Shown: positions 12,401 to 20,653, numbered from the stretch's first letter. The stretch is DNA of 64,000 nt from Chloroflexota bacterium (GCA_965221905.1 OZ244922.1:2304001-2368000), one strand, 5' to 3'. Notes: generated by a model from the letters alone, not told the origin. Numbers and translations are program-made.

Positions 12401-13626
12401 CAGTAACTCCAATCGGTCTCAGACTCACCGTTGTCGGGGATGACGAATGCCTCCCCAATCTCGAGATCGGCACCGGTCAATTGCAGGCGATAGTCCTTGT
12501 ACAGGCGGCCGGTGGCAGTATCCTCGGTCCAGTCTGCCAAGAGGTTGTCATCCCCGCTCCGGTCAGTTTCCAGCCTCACCGTAAAGGTTGCGGTCTGGCC
12601 GGTGTCGGCATCCTGCTGGCGACGCTTGACGACGAACCCAATAGTGTCCCCCTCGTCGGTGTCGGCGTCGTTCACGCTGTCCTTGCCGAAATTCAACTCT
12701 AGTTCTTGCGGCGTATCATTGTCCGTGATGTCGACACTGCGGAAAAGCGTCACTCCATCTCCATTGGCAGTTCCTCCAATGAGGTAATCGAAAGATGGCA
12801 GCACATACACTTTGAAACTGCCGTTCACCATGTCGCGCGCGTCGTCGGGAACGGGCAGCGTGAGCGTGTAACTATCGGCGGCCGCCTCAAATTCGACCTG
12901 GGTGGGGAGCTCAAGGGGCGGGTCCCAGTGGTTGCCGCGCAAGTAGCCGTCAGGGTCGTCCACCAATATGCTGACGGTGAGCGGCTGGGTCAGGTCGCCG
13001 TTGCGGCGCAGGGTGAAGGTGGCGTCGTTCCCTTCGGTGATGGTTGAGGACGTGTCTGAGTCGTCGATGAAGAGTTGCGACTGGGGATATGGAGCTGCGT
13101 TGATATCGACAATAGGTAATTCAGCAAGAGACGGGTTGCCAACCAAATAGCTGCCGTCGCTGGGAGTGACAATCTCAGCATTTAGGGTGTGAGCAGTAGG
13201 GGACGTAGGGTCAACCCTAAAGTCCTGCTTGGCGACGACATGGATCGTAGCCACGTTGCTTCCTGGGGCGAACGTGACCTCGCGGACCTGCAGGGTATCG
13301 TTACTACCGAAGGAAATTGCATGATTTGGTTCCCAAATCTTCACCTGGACCGCGAGGGAGTCGGACACGCCTGCGCCGGCCCGCATGACCATGAAGGCAG
13401 CCAGGCCGCCTTCGTAGACACTGGCCTGGTCGGTTGAGATTGTGACCCTGGCCGCCGGAGGTGTCTGCGCGTGCACCTGAAGAGGTTGGAAGAGAGAATG
13501 AGCCCCAGCCAGCAAGAACGCCAGCGTTACAATGCACTTAAATATAGTGCGCGTGAGCGCTCTACTGCAACGCACCACCGAGAAACCCCTCCAACACCAC
13601 ACGTAGCTATCGACGCCTCCTGCCAC
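6451..13626 (-). CDS. Giant secreted Calx-beta/Ig-like repeat surface protein (adhesin-like), N-terminal 2391 aa, ending at an in-frame TAG in the middle of a domain
   Basis: Signal-peptide-like N-terminus (…FLLAGAHSLFQPLQVHA|Q). Many Calx-beta-like units (EG….F.V……DF…SGTL.FA.GET.KTI…DD…E..ETF.V.L.NP). Acidic, Thr/Val-rich composition. Confidence 0.85.
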   Translation of the reverse strand: MAGGVDSYVWCWRGFSVVRCSRALTRTIFKCIVTLAFLLAGAHSLFQPLQVHAQTPPAARVTISTDQASVYEGGLAAFMVMRAGAGVSDSLAVQVKIWEPNHAISFGSNDTLQVREVTFAPGSNVATIHVVAKQDFRVDPTSPTAHTLNAEIVTPSDGSYLVGNPSLAELPIVDINAAPYPQSQLFIDDSDTSSTITEGNDATFTLRRNGDLTQPLTVSILVDDPDGYLRGNHWDPPLELPTQVEFEAAADSYTLTLPVPDDARDMVNGSFKVYVLPSFDYLIGGTANGDGVTLFRSVDITDNDTPQELELNFGKDSVNDADTDEGDTIGFVVKRRQQDADTGQTATFTVRLETDRSGDDNLLADWTEDTATGRLYKDYRLQLTGADLEIGEAFVIPDNGESETDWSYWASIRDLEDYNGAALDAAEEATYWTVKSGFRETIIDATDSGAKDGKVKLFADASTVVEGSELLYTLKREGGPMSHSLRVRVQTWEPNRIAGFGINPSLQYHWITFQPWESEMQFGVFPYVDNEVEAADQLHAEVQQTGSRYSEGSPYTAIVDIEDSPSGSALVSLSGTPTSMAEGESATFTFTRTGGDTTQPLAVDIRVDDPMGFLRGNHWDEEPDIPMQVVFSANSTSETITLTAPDDQRDLPDDNIKVWVLPGSDYLLGNTGVGTSATVSVTDNDVVQVLTFDWGYLDFDDVWEAGESWTYEQNSLFVLGPAEGQFYYDDDRAFRFHHDADEYFPIHFMVKRRAADVGMTATFVVRVEHNRGWNQPRHTDWSTDPETGRRYKDYYLTLEDDQIQVIGRIEILDNGLPDPPGWSYRASIKPLEDVKGVVLSTDQESEYWTVNGTRSGNIRPFDRLFPEVYVKRVGPRDVNEGQVVEFEVERQRGNSLAPLPVRVRTWEPNQRADDGSNPTDQIHTVILPAVAMTSHWTNYYGNVGASQSVKFSVTVTSDTNYESQDYLNAVVLPSEEGLHDSRSRTRYRIHDLDLPTIALSVDPTSITEGEALTFTLTRGNNTTEDLIVGVSVNDPGGFLEGNFGTDGVATPAFVVFAPDDLTATVTLTPPDDWRDIPDSTLTFTVVEDSAYEITGSASLTVQVADNDVAPQVGISFNQVEVEEGNDLILTITRTGEDKNPLQVPITAGPVGDEEDFVVELDAGESQAQVTFSRFDDNSKGPDTDYAATLQPGSPEFWTSTGPGTVTATILDDDLYKVGIEMLTPVVSEGQYIRYRIFHDGHSGESLDFKVRRSEDGSAVLNTVLGDFTWQFSAGTSEQRISTLSEAHDGSDGDAVFTIEILPGDGYTVDPAYASGQAIVRDSDPLPVLGLRNLTVRGNESDGTFEFRVDMVSPLPSLRTVTVDYEVRDSVTSDGIDITESTGTLTFAAGETSAVIEVPILQDLIAEEDKEFVVVLTNPVYATFQDGQSSLTARGVIEDDEPTVIVAATEIAISQGEDVEVTLTRTGAATGELTAWLMVRLTGGLGGTTFPQVTFSAGSSTVTYTINTEDDDEALGSFEVKISVAHPADDVGQANTYRTTGAEETVIVGDDEQPGVWLETMNDDGSAGNGNPYPLIPIPRRIYEGQAIFFKLIRLRSGPGLTINLQGTGAENFVSGTLPTTATIRKGSKTATIRIETANDLVAESHAEFTLTILEGAGYAPGDRVGRRFSAGHWIYDNDTYGLPKLRITENSPWVNEGEDVVFTLQRIGDTQASLDVNVRVFKNGGDADTNFIQEVGNEVVTFVAGADTTTLTIATVDDNLNHGDRNIVVAIAPGAYLIDESVPNVDEEMVWIQDDDRPTVTLTPATDEFEEGTPQMVTLNRVGDNSPYLSIPTMIETTVHHPNSADERTTLHEFPFTRINKGLASFASRIGTTQQVEALGASGRVWFLPRTCIDSPEYPSLIGCGDSPQYLRGSQYEQTFIIYSKFMGVRIEADQTTVGEGTAATFTLHRHGGRSSNLAKTLQVNVRVTQDGDYISGSAPQTVTFEADQTTATLSLPTADDVVDEADGLIAVELLPPTSYTDDQYAYEIGEYRGTPLAVTSVTTAVTDDDYAFPAISILDADALESEGSIEFTVMLDRANDEQEISVDWATAVDGSSDAATGDADFTAASGTLIFAIGETTKTITITLLDDTLGEATETFNVVLGNPTDVVLEDDTGSGTIRDDESDVAVVFAASTLHVEEGNNVVVTFRRLVSADLAGTANCYAGLPDHCFDADADPGNVPLTINLSVTQVGDFLSGSAPTFITFAAGEKFADLSIPTADDNNVEASGTITVQILQGSGYTALATGTIQGQPATNPARVHNVYDNDLTFTIDDAQADESDGQIDFIVRLNAAALEEVTIDVFTQDGDATSHANVTASSFGKDFEAKSETLVFVVGEQQKTFTVDIADDFI

Positions 13627-13700
13627 CCACTCCCCAAGTAGGTGATCGGCGTCCTGAAAAGGCCTGAACGTGGCTGTACAGCTACACAGGATGACAATTC

Positions 13701-13804
13701 TTGCTCAAAGTTATATGATCTATTATATTCCGACAACGTGAAGTTTCTCATGATATATACATGAGAATGCGTTTCATTTACGTGAGACTTTTATGAGAAG
13801 TCTC
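13701..13804. promoter_or_regulatory. AT-rich divergent control region with a candidate sigma70 promoter and inverted/direct repeats
   Basis: TTGCTC-N17-TATATT on +. Inverted repeat TTCTCATG-N7-CATGAGAA (13745-13767) and GAGACTT-N7-AAGTCTC (13784-13804). TGAGA direct repeats at 13762, 13783 and 13794. Confidence 0.4.
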
Positions 13805-13901
13805 CTAATTGTGTTCGAGTGTGCCGGAAACAAAGGTGCGGCTAAGACTTGACCGGAAGGCACCTGTGTGCGCCAGCTAAACCGCGAAGGATGGCAAGAG
13901 A

Positions 13902-16251
13902 GTGCGAGAGCTTGTATCCAAGATGGCGGAGGCTTGTTCCCGCGTAACTGCAAGCTTTGATCTCGACGACGCCCTACAGGCTGTAGTTGACGAGGCTCGT
14001 TCGATCTGCGGCGCACGGCTTGGCGTCCTCGTGACATTTCACGATACGGGCGACATCAGTGAACTTATTACCTCCGGGTTCTCGCCTGAAGAGCTCCAAC
14101 GACTTTGGGCGCCGCAAAAGGGGTGGGGGTTTCTGAAGGACCTAAACCGAATTCAACACCCTTTGAGGGTTAGTGATCTCCCTGGTTATGCAAAGTCGAC
14201 CGGGTTATTCGAAGATGATCTACCGGCCAAATCATTTATGGCAACCCCTATGCGTCATCGAGGCGAGCGGATCGGCAACATCTTCCTTGGTGGCAAGCAA
14301 GGCAGCGAAGAGTTCTCCCTGGAAGACGAGGAGATACTTGGCATGTTCGCCGGCCACGCCGCGGTCGCGATCTCCAACGCCCGCATTTACAGGCAGGAAC
14401 AGCGTGCCAAGGCCGAGTTAGAAGCCCTGATCGAAAGTTCACCTTTGGGCATATTGGTCTTTGATGCCAAAACGGGGAACCTGGTGTCGGTTAATGAGGA
14501 AACAAGACGGATTGTCGGCGGGCTGCTGGGACGCGGCCACTCGCTCGAGGAGCTCTTGGATTCGCTGACATTTCGGCGTGCCGACGGGCGAGAGTTCCAG
14601 CTAGACGCACTCCCGTTGACCCGGGTACTTAGCAGCGGCGAGACAGTGCGCGCCGAGGAAGTCGTTATCTCTCATCCGGATGGCAAGTCTGTTACCGCCC
14701 TGGTCAACGCCAGACCAATCTACGCCGATGACGGTGAAATCACGTCTGTTGTTGCGACGCTACAGGATTTGACGCCGTTTGCAGAAGTGGAGAAGCAGTG
14801 GGCGGAATTCCTTGGGATGGTGAGCTTAGGACTTCGTACGCCGCTGGCCGCGATCAAGGGATCCACGGCTACGGTGCTGGGTGCTCCATCTCCGCCTGAA
14901 CGCGCCGAGATACTTCAGCTCTTTTCTATCATCGACGAACAGGCCGACCTTATGCGGGACCTGACTAATGACTTGCTTGATGTGAGCCGAATTGATTTAG
15001 GCAATTTTTCGATAACATCTGAAGCCACCAGCGTCGCGGATATAGTCGATGGGGCCGCTCGGGCTTACCAAAGTAGCAACTCAAGCAATCCACTCGAAGT
15101 CGACCTGCGGCATGAACTACCCTACTTAAGCGCGGACAGGAACCGTGTGGTACAGGTTCTGATCAGACTCTTCACAAATGCGTCCAAGCTCTCCGTAGAG
15201 CCGTCTGCCATCAGAGTTAAGACATAACCGATGGACTCCCACTTTGCATTTACCGTTTCCAATGAAGGCGAGGGGATATCTGACGAGCGGCTATCCCACT
15301 TGTTCAGCAAGTTCTACCGGATCTACGACTGGGATTCGGGGAGGGAGGGGTAAATCGGAGACACAGGGCTAAGCCTTGCGATCTGCAAGGGAATCGTGGA
15401 AGCGCATGGGGGCCGCATTTGGGCAGATTGTGATGATCCGAGCCAGGGCGAGCGGTTTACGTCTACGATCCCCATAGCTGCAGTCGAAGACACCGGACGC
15501 AAAGAGAGCACCCAAGCTCCCCAGCTCTCCGCACGTTCCAATTTCAGGGCAAAAGAGCGGACAACGATTTCTTGCAATCGATGACGACCCGCCCACTCTC
15601 AGGTACCTTCGGAATACACTCTCGGAGGCAGGCCATACATTTCTAATCACAAGTGATCCGGAGGAGGCGGTCCGATTGGTGGAGGAAGAGAAGCTAGATC
15701 TCATCTTGGTGGATGCGATGCTGCCAAGAGCTGACGGCTTTGCGCACATGAAGCGCACTGCCGAAAGCACAATTGCTCCGGTAATCTTCTTGTCCGAGCG
15801 CGACAGGGACCAAGACATCGCACGGGCATTCGAGATGGGAGCGGCCGACTACATCGTCAAACCGTTTTCCCCTAATGAGCTGGCGGCGCGCATCAGGGTG
15901 GCCTTGCGTAACCGGTCAACGCGTGATCAGGATAGGCCGGGCAATACATACTTGCTGCAAGACCTCAGAATAAACTATGCCGAACGCAGGGTGACCGTAA
16001 GCAATCGTCCTGTCAAGCTAACTGCGACCGAATTCGATCTGCTATTCGAGCTCTCGACCAACGCCGGTCGCGTGTTGACACACGATCATCTGTTGCATAG
16101 GGTCTGGGGGTCGACATACTTGGGTGATTCACAGCTCTTACGCACGTACGTGAAGTACCTCCGGCAAAAATTGGGGGACGACGCCAGCAACCCAAAGTAC
16201 ATCTTCACCGAGCCTCGCGTGGGGTACCGCATGGCAAAAGCCAACAGTTAG
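13902..16251 (+). pseudogene. Pseudogenised hybrid sensor kinase/response regulator (GAF-PAS-HisKA-HATPase-REC-OmpR wHTH)
   Basis: In-frame TAA at 15225-15227 and 15351-15353 inside the HATPase domain. A +1 frameshift in the T-run at ~15568-15570 precedes the REC start (ILAIDDDPPTLRYL). The phosphoacceptor motif SHELRTPL reads SLGLRTPL. The C-terminus is KdpE-like (KLTATEFDLL…YIFTEPRVGYRM). Confidence 0.85.
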
Positions 16252-16627
16252 GACAGCATGCGGGCCGATCTATCTCATCGAGGAATGCCTCAGTCCGTTG
16301 CCGCCTATGGGCAAGTCACTGAATTGGAGGTCTCCCGTGGCCGTTCGAGCGGTACCGGCAGAGTATCGGGTTTCTGCCCAACCGTGGCCCAGGCCAACGC
16401 CATCAGGTCGTACTCCAATTCGTCGCCATCGGCAGCGAGAGTCGCAAGGACGGAATAGAACTCGCTGCCGGCTAATTCTATGCACGCTCGGTGTGGCTAT
16501 TCAATTTGCCTACTGTGCAAAGTCACAGAAGGTTCAAAGTCATCGATGCTATGTGCCGCATGGGCCAATAGGCGGTCTTGAGTGGTGGAAAGAAGGGTGT
16601 CTGTTTCCGCGTAAGGACGTCTTTGCC

Positions 16628-16681
16628 GGCGGGCCAGAAGGGATTCGGACATCGGGCATCCACGATGTCAGCGTTGCGCAC
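16628..16681 (-). pseudogene. Degenerate tRNA-Val(GAC)-like 3' remnant (possible att site)
   Basis: The minus strand reads gtgcg-caacg-ctGACat-cgtgg-atgcccgat-gtccgaatc-ccttctggcccgcc. This gives an anticodon arm, a T-loop-like GTCCGAATC and an acceptor-like 3' end, with no recognisable 5' half. Confidence 0.45.
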
Positions 16682-17090
16682 AGATGTGCCCAGCAACTTG
16701 CCCTTCCTCCATAGCGGGGTATAGCATGGGACTAATGCTTGAGCGTCTCGGCCTCGCGCATGTCGGCAGTGCCGAGGTCAAGGGCGAACGAACGGCGCGA
16801 GACGGTGCGTAGTTTAGCGGCAAGGGCAGCATTGGCTGAAATTCGGTACCCCTATGATTTCTTGGCAAGACGCGAAGCCCCCTTTAAATTAGGCAAGAAT
16901 CCGCTTGCAGAGCCGAAATGCTCCGTCTCCCGGAGAGAGAGGTACAGTGAGGGTGCATCTTCATCTATTCACCCCATTCCCGCACGCAAGTTGGGTTGAC
17001 GCAAGGGTATCCAATAGAGCACAAGACTGTTGATTGCTTGACCGGAAAATACCACGACGATCGCATTTCTGACGAAAAGGAGTTTCTACC

Positions 17091-17960
17091 GTGAGCGTAA
17101 CATTGCAGCGACCCGAGGTCGGCATGGAAGCACCGGACTTCAGTTTGCCGGACGTGTACGGCAAACGCTGGTCGTGGAGCCAGTTTCGGGGAAAGAGAGT
17201 CCTGTTGTACATGTGGGCCTCATGGTGAGGCTGCCGCGATCAGTTGCCAGGTTGGCAGCAATTTGCGGATAAGCACGCGGGCGACAACTTCCAGATGCTC
17301 TCTGTAGCTATGGATGGCGGCGGCGTGGAGAAGCCGCGCGCATTCGTGGAAGCGTCCGGTGTCACGTTTCCCACGTTCGTGGACGCCAGCGGCCTTCTAT
17401 TCCGCCTCTACGGCTTCACGGCGGTGCCGAACGGTGTCTACGTGGATGAAACGGGTATCATTCGCTTCCAACTCTTTACGGGCTTTAGCGTTGACCGCGA
17501 GGACGTAGTGGAGCAGCTTGAGACGCTGCTGGCAACGCCTGCCGGCGACGTACCGGCCGCGCCGACGGTGGCGCAGCAGTCACTTGAGATCGAAGTCATG
17601 CTGGAGCAGGCGGCGGCGCAAGTCGACGACCCGGGCATGCAGCTCGGCCTCGCGGAGGCCCTGCTGCAAGAGGGCAACAACGAGCGCGCGGCAGAGGCGT
17701 TTCGACGGGCGTTTGAGCTAGACAGCGAATCCGCCAATGCCGCCTTTGGTCTCGGCACTGCGTTGCACCAACTTGGGCAAACTACCGATGCGCTGGCCTC
17801 ATGGGGGCGCGCCTTGCAGATCGAGCCGAATAATTTCATTATTCGCAAGCAGATCTGGCGCGTCGAATATCCGGAGAAGTTCTACCCTGTGATTGACTAT
17901 GACTGGCAAAAGGTGAAACTTGCCCAGGAAAAGGCCGTCGAGAGCGGGGCACGCGCGTAA
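17091..17960 (+). CDS. Selenocysteine-containing redoxin (TlpA/Prx-like, WASW-U-GC motif) with C-terminal TPR repeats, ~289 aa
   Basis: AAGGAG RBS, GTG start at 17091, then …APDFSLPDVYGKRWSWSQFRGKRVLLYMWASW[TGA 17226-17228]GCRDQLPGWQ, in frame with ORF 17244-17960. A hairpin follows directly downstream. TPR-like helices (AAEAFRRAFELDSESANAAFGLG…RALQIEPNN). Confidence 0.85.
17229..17262 (+). promoter_or_regulatory. Putative bacterial SECIS hairpin
   Basis: GTTGCCA-GGT-TGGCAGC stem-loop with a G-containing apical loop, starting ~14 nt 3' of the in-frame TGA. Confidence 0.65.
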
Positions 17961-18028
17961 GAACTGCGTAGCCAAACTGCGGGGCTACACTTACGCTGGG
18001 TGCGAAAGACGCAGCGAGAAAATAGCGC

Positions 18029-19228
18029 ATGGCATGGGGACTCTTGGATAGATTCATGCGGCCCAAATGGTTGCTGGACCGCATTCTGCTTGTCGCTGAG
18101 CACGTGGCCGAAAGCGACGGGGAAGCGCTGCCAACGCTTCTCATAAACACGCTGCGGGAGCACTTCGGCGCGCAGCACGTGTGCATCCACTTCGCAGAAC
18201 CCAGCATGCTACGCCCCGAAACGCGGGAAGCCGTGGTTGCTGAATGCCCCGCAACGCTTGCCGACCCAACGGATTCAGCCGCGAATAGCAAAGCAGAGGC
18301 AACGTTCTGGCAATATGCGCTCAAATCGCGCAAGGTAGTGATCGCCTCAACTACGTCCGCCACGATACAGGATGAACTCCGTCCGCTTCTCATGGCTGCC
18401 GGTGCCCGCGACGGCATAGCAATTCCCCTGACCTACCGCGGTGAGGTGTATGCGGTCGTCAACCTATATTTCAAACGAACGGTACCTTCCAAACTTGCTA
18501 CCGCAGAAAACGTCATGCGCAGCATCCGTCTGCTGGGCAATCTCGTCTACGGCGTTCTGCTGCAGCAATACCACGCGAGCGCGCTACGAGAGAGCGACGA
18601 CATTGCCCTTGCCCTAGCCCAAGCAGTGGCTGCCAGAGACGGCTACGCCGACGGCCATGTCTTGCGCGTATGCGCGCTGGCCGGAGCGCTGGGTGAAGCG
18701 GCAGGACTCTCGCTTGCCGAGCAAGAGGCGGTACGCAAAGGCACTATGTTCCGCGACATTGGCAAGCTTCATGTCCCAGACTACGTTCTGCAAAAGCCGG
18801 GACCGCTCGACGCCGCAGAACGCGCGCTCGTCCATGAGCACCCCCTCACAGGGGAGCGAATCCTTTTGCAGGCAGCGACCGGCACGGCCGCCGGTAGCAA
18901 GACATTGGCAATAGCGGCATCTGCTGTCCGGAGTCACCATGAGCGGCTGGACGGCTCCGGCTACCCCGATGGACTGGCAGGGCCTGAAGTGCCGGTGCCG
19001 GCTCGCATCGTTGCGATTGTCGACATGTATGCTGCGCTAATTGCCGATCGTCCCTTCAGGGCAGCACTGCCGGTGCCGCGCGCCGTGGAACTTCTCCAGG
19101 AGATGGCAGGCCCGGCGCTCGATCCGGAGTTGGTGTCCCTATTTCTCTCACGAGAGATCCACGCGGCCGCTCCGTCTGAATCATGGGAACAGCCCATTGA
19201 AACGGCAACGTCGAAGGCAGCCGTCTAG
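18029..19228 (+). CDS. GAF + HD-GYP domain protein (degenerate HD site)
   Basis: GAF-like segment (GIAIPLTYRGEVYAVVNLY). HD-GYP motifs RDGYADGH, RDIGK, HHERLDGSGYPDGL and DRPFR. Confidence 0.8.
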   Translation: MAWGLLDRFMRPKWLLDRILLVAEHVAESDGEALPTLLINTLREHFGAQHVCIHFAEPSMLRPETREAVVAECPATLADPTDSAANSKAEATFWQYALKSRKVVIASTTSATIQDELRPLLMAAGARDGIAIPLTYRGEVYAVVNLYFKRTVPSKLATAENVMRSIRLLGNLVYGVLLQQYHASALRESDDIALALAQAVAARDGYADGHVLRVCALAGALGEAAGLSLAEQEAVRKGTMFRDIGKLHVPDYVLQKPGPLDAAERALVHEHPLTGERILLQAATGTAAGSKTLAIAASAVRSHHERLDGSGYPDGLAGPEVPVPARIVAIVDMYAALIADRPFRAALPVPRAVELLQEMAGPALDPELVSLFLSREIHAAAPSESWEQPIETATSKAAV

Positions 19229-19305
19229 TCTTTGAGGCAGCCTCGCTCAGCCGCAGCGCCACAAAGTCAATTCACCATCGCGTCCATCTACCTGTCACCG
19301 GAATC

Positions 19306-20520
19306 CTACGCGCCCTGCTTCGCGCGCCGAAAGGCCATATGCGTCAAGAATGGCAAGATGAGTGCAATAGGCAGAAGGCTTAGCATGGCGACACGGAAGG
19401 AGAAGGTCTCTGCCACTAGCCCTATCACATAGGGCGGGAGTAAGCCGCCCGCGGCCGCGCCCAGTAGGAGCAAGATGGCGACCGTACCCGGCCGACGGGG
19501 AAACCGTTGCAGGGCCAGGGCAAACATGGTCGGGAAGATTGGGGCCACGCACAGACCGAGAAGAAAAACCACTACATAGACAACCGGCGCCGACGGCGCC
19601 AGACCGAGAAGGAGAAACAACGGCACGCTGACGATCAATGGAATCTGCAGTGTCTGCTCAGTTGACAAGCGACGGGCCAGCCACATCATCGCCAGCCGAC
19701 CGAGAAAAATCGCTCCCCAGAATAGAGAGACGATCACGGTGCTACGTCCGTAGGGCTCTTGGAATTCTTCGGTGAGATATGTCACGCCCCAGCCTATAAG
19801 TGATATTTCCACCCAGATGTATAAGACGAGTACAGCCGTCACCATCACAATAATGCCGTTGCGCGCCAAAGGGAGAACATTTGCCCGGCTTAGCCGCTCG
19901 AGACTCGCCGCCTGCGGGAGCCTCGCGCGCATTGTAAACGGCAATAAGGCAAACCCCAACACACCGATGGCAATCATCGGTAAGCGCCAATTTATATCAA
20001 GTGACAAGCCTATCAAGAGCGGGCTTAGCACTGCGCTCAACCCAAAGAACATGTGCAAGCGGTTGAGATCAGCAACGCGATTGCCGGAACTGGCGTCCGA
20101 TGCCGTCACGTTAGTGATTATGTCAACGCAGCCTAATCCGGCTCCGGTAAAGAGCATGAATGCGAGTGTTATGCCCCAGTGCGGCGCTAGACCCCAACCT
20201 AAGTATGCAACCCCCATCATCACACTCGCGCCTATCAATGCCGGCCGCCGCCCATAGCTATCGACGACATAGCCCGCCACCATGACCGCAATGGCAAAGC
20301 CTGCCGATGCTAACGGAAACACCACCCCAACGCTCGCGAGACTCAGCGAGTACTCAGCGCGCATCGCCGGTAAGGATGGGCCGACGAGGTTCCAACCAAG
20401 CCCCATGAGGATGACGAGCGAAAAGTTGAGCGCGGTAAGGAGACGATACCGGGGTTTTGCCTGCCCCTCTTGGGCAATGTCAGTGTGGAGCGCCGGGGAG
20501 GCTGGTTCTATCATTGCCAA
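19306..20520 (-). CDS. MFS transporter
   Basis: About 12 hydrophobic segments and MFS motif A (GYVVDSYGRR). Confidence 0.85.
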   Translation of the reverse strand: MAMIEPASPALHTDIAQEGQAKPRYRLLTALNFSLVILMGLGWNLVGPSLPAMRAEYSLSLASVGVVFPLASAGFAIAVMVAGYVVDSYGRRPALIGASVMMGVAYLGWGLAPHWGITLAFMLFTGAGLGCVDIITNVTASDASSGNRVADLNRLHMFFGLSAVLSPLLIGLSLDINWRLPMIAIGVLGFALLPFTMRARLPQAASLERLSRANVLPLARNGIIVMVTAVLVLYIWVEISLIGWGVTYLTEEFQEPYGRSTVIVSLFWGAIFLGRLAMMWLARRLSTEQTLQIPLIVSVPLFLLLGLAPSAPVVYVVVFLLGLCVAPIFPTMFALALQRFPRRPGTVAILLLLGAAAGGLLPPYVIGLVAETFSFRVAMLSLLPIALILPFLTHMAFRRAKQGA

Positions 20521-20653
20521 TTGATCCGCAAGAGTCCTTGTACGCGTCTCCAGGTGGTGGCTGGGGCACGCTCCGGACAGCCTGATCCAGCGACTCTCCG
20601 CATGCTTGCGCGTCGCCTGCTGTCAGCGGGATAAGACCGAGCCAGCCTGGACA

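Noticed and set aside
205-13437. Numerous plus-strand ORFs over the giant gene
   Set aside because: They are antisense shadows of the repetitive minus-strand coding frame.
13902-15227. Intact histidine kinase plus separate response regulator, as in the ORF track
   Set aside because: The HATPase continues through two stops, and the REC N-terminus lies upstream of 15676 across a frameshift, so this is one broken gene.
16305-16490. Minus-strand coding-like fragment (…ELAGSEFYSVLATLAADGDELEYDLMALAWATVG…)
   Set aside because: No start or RBS and no recognisable family; possibly a gene remnant, but unsupported.
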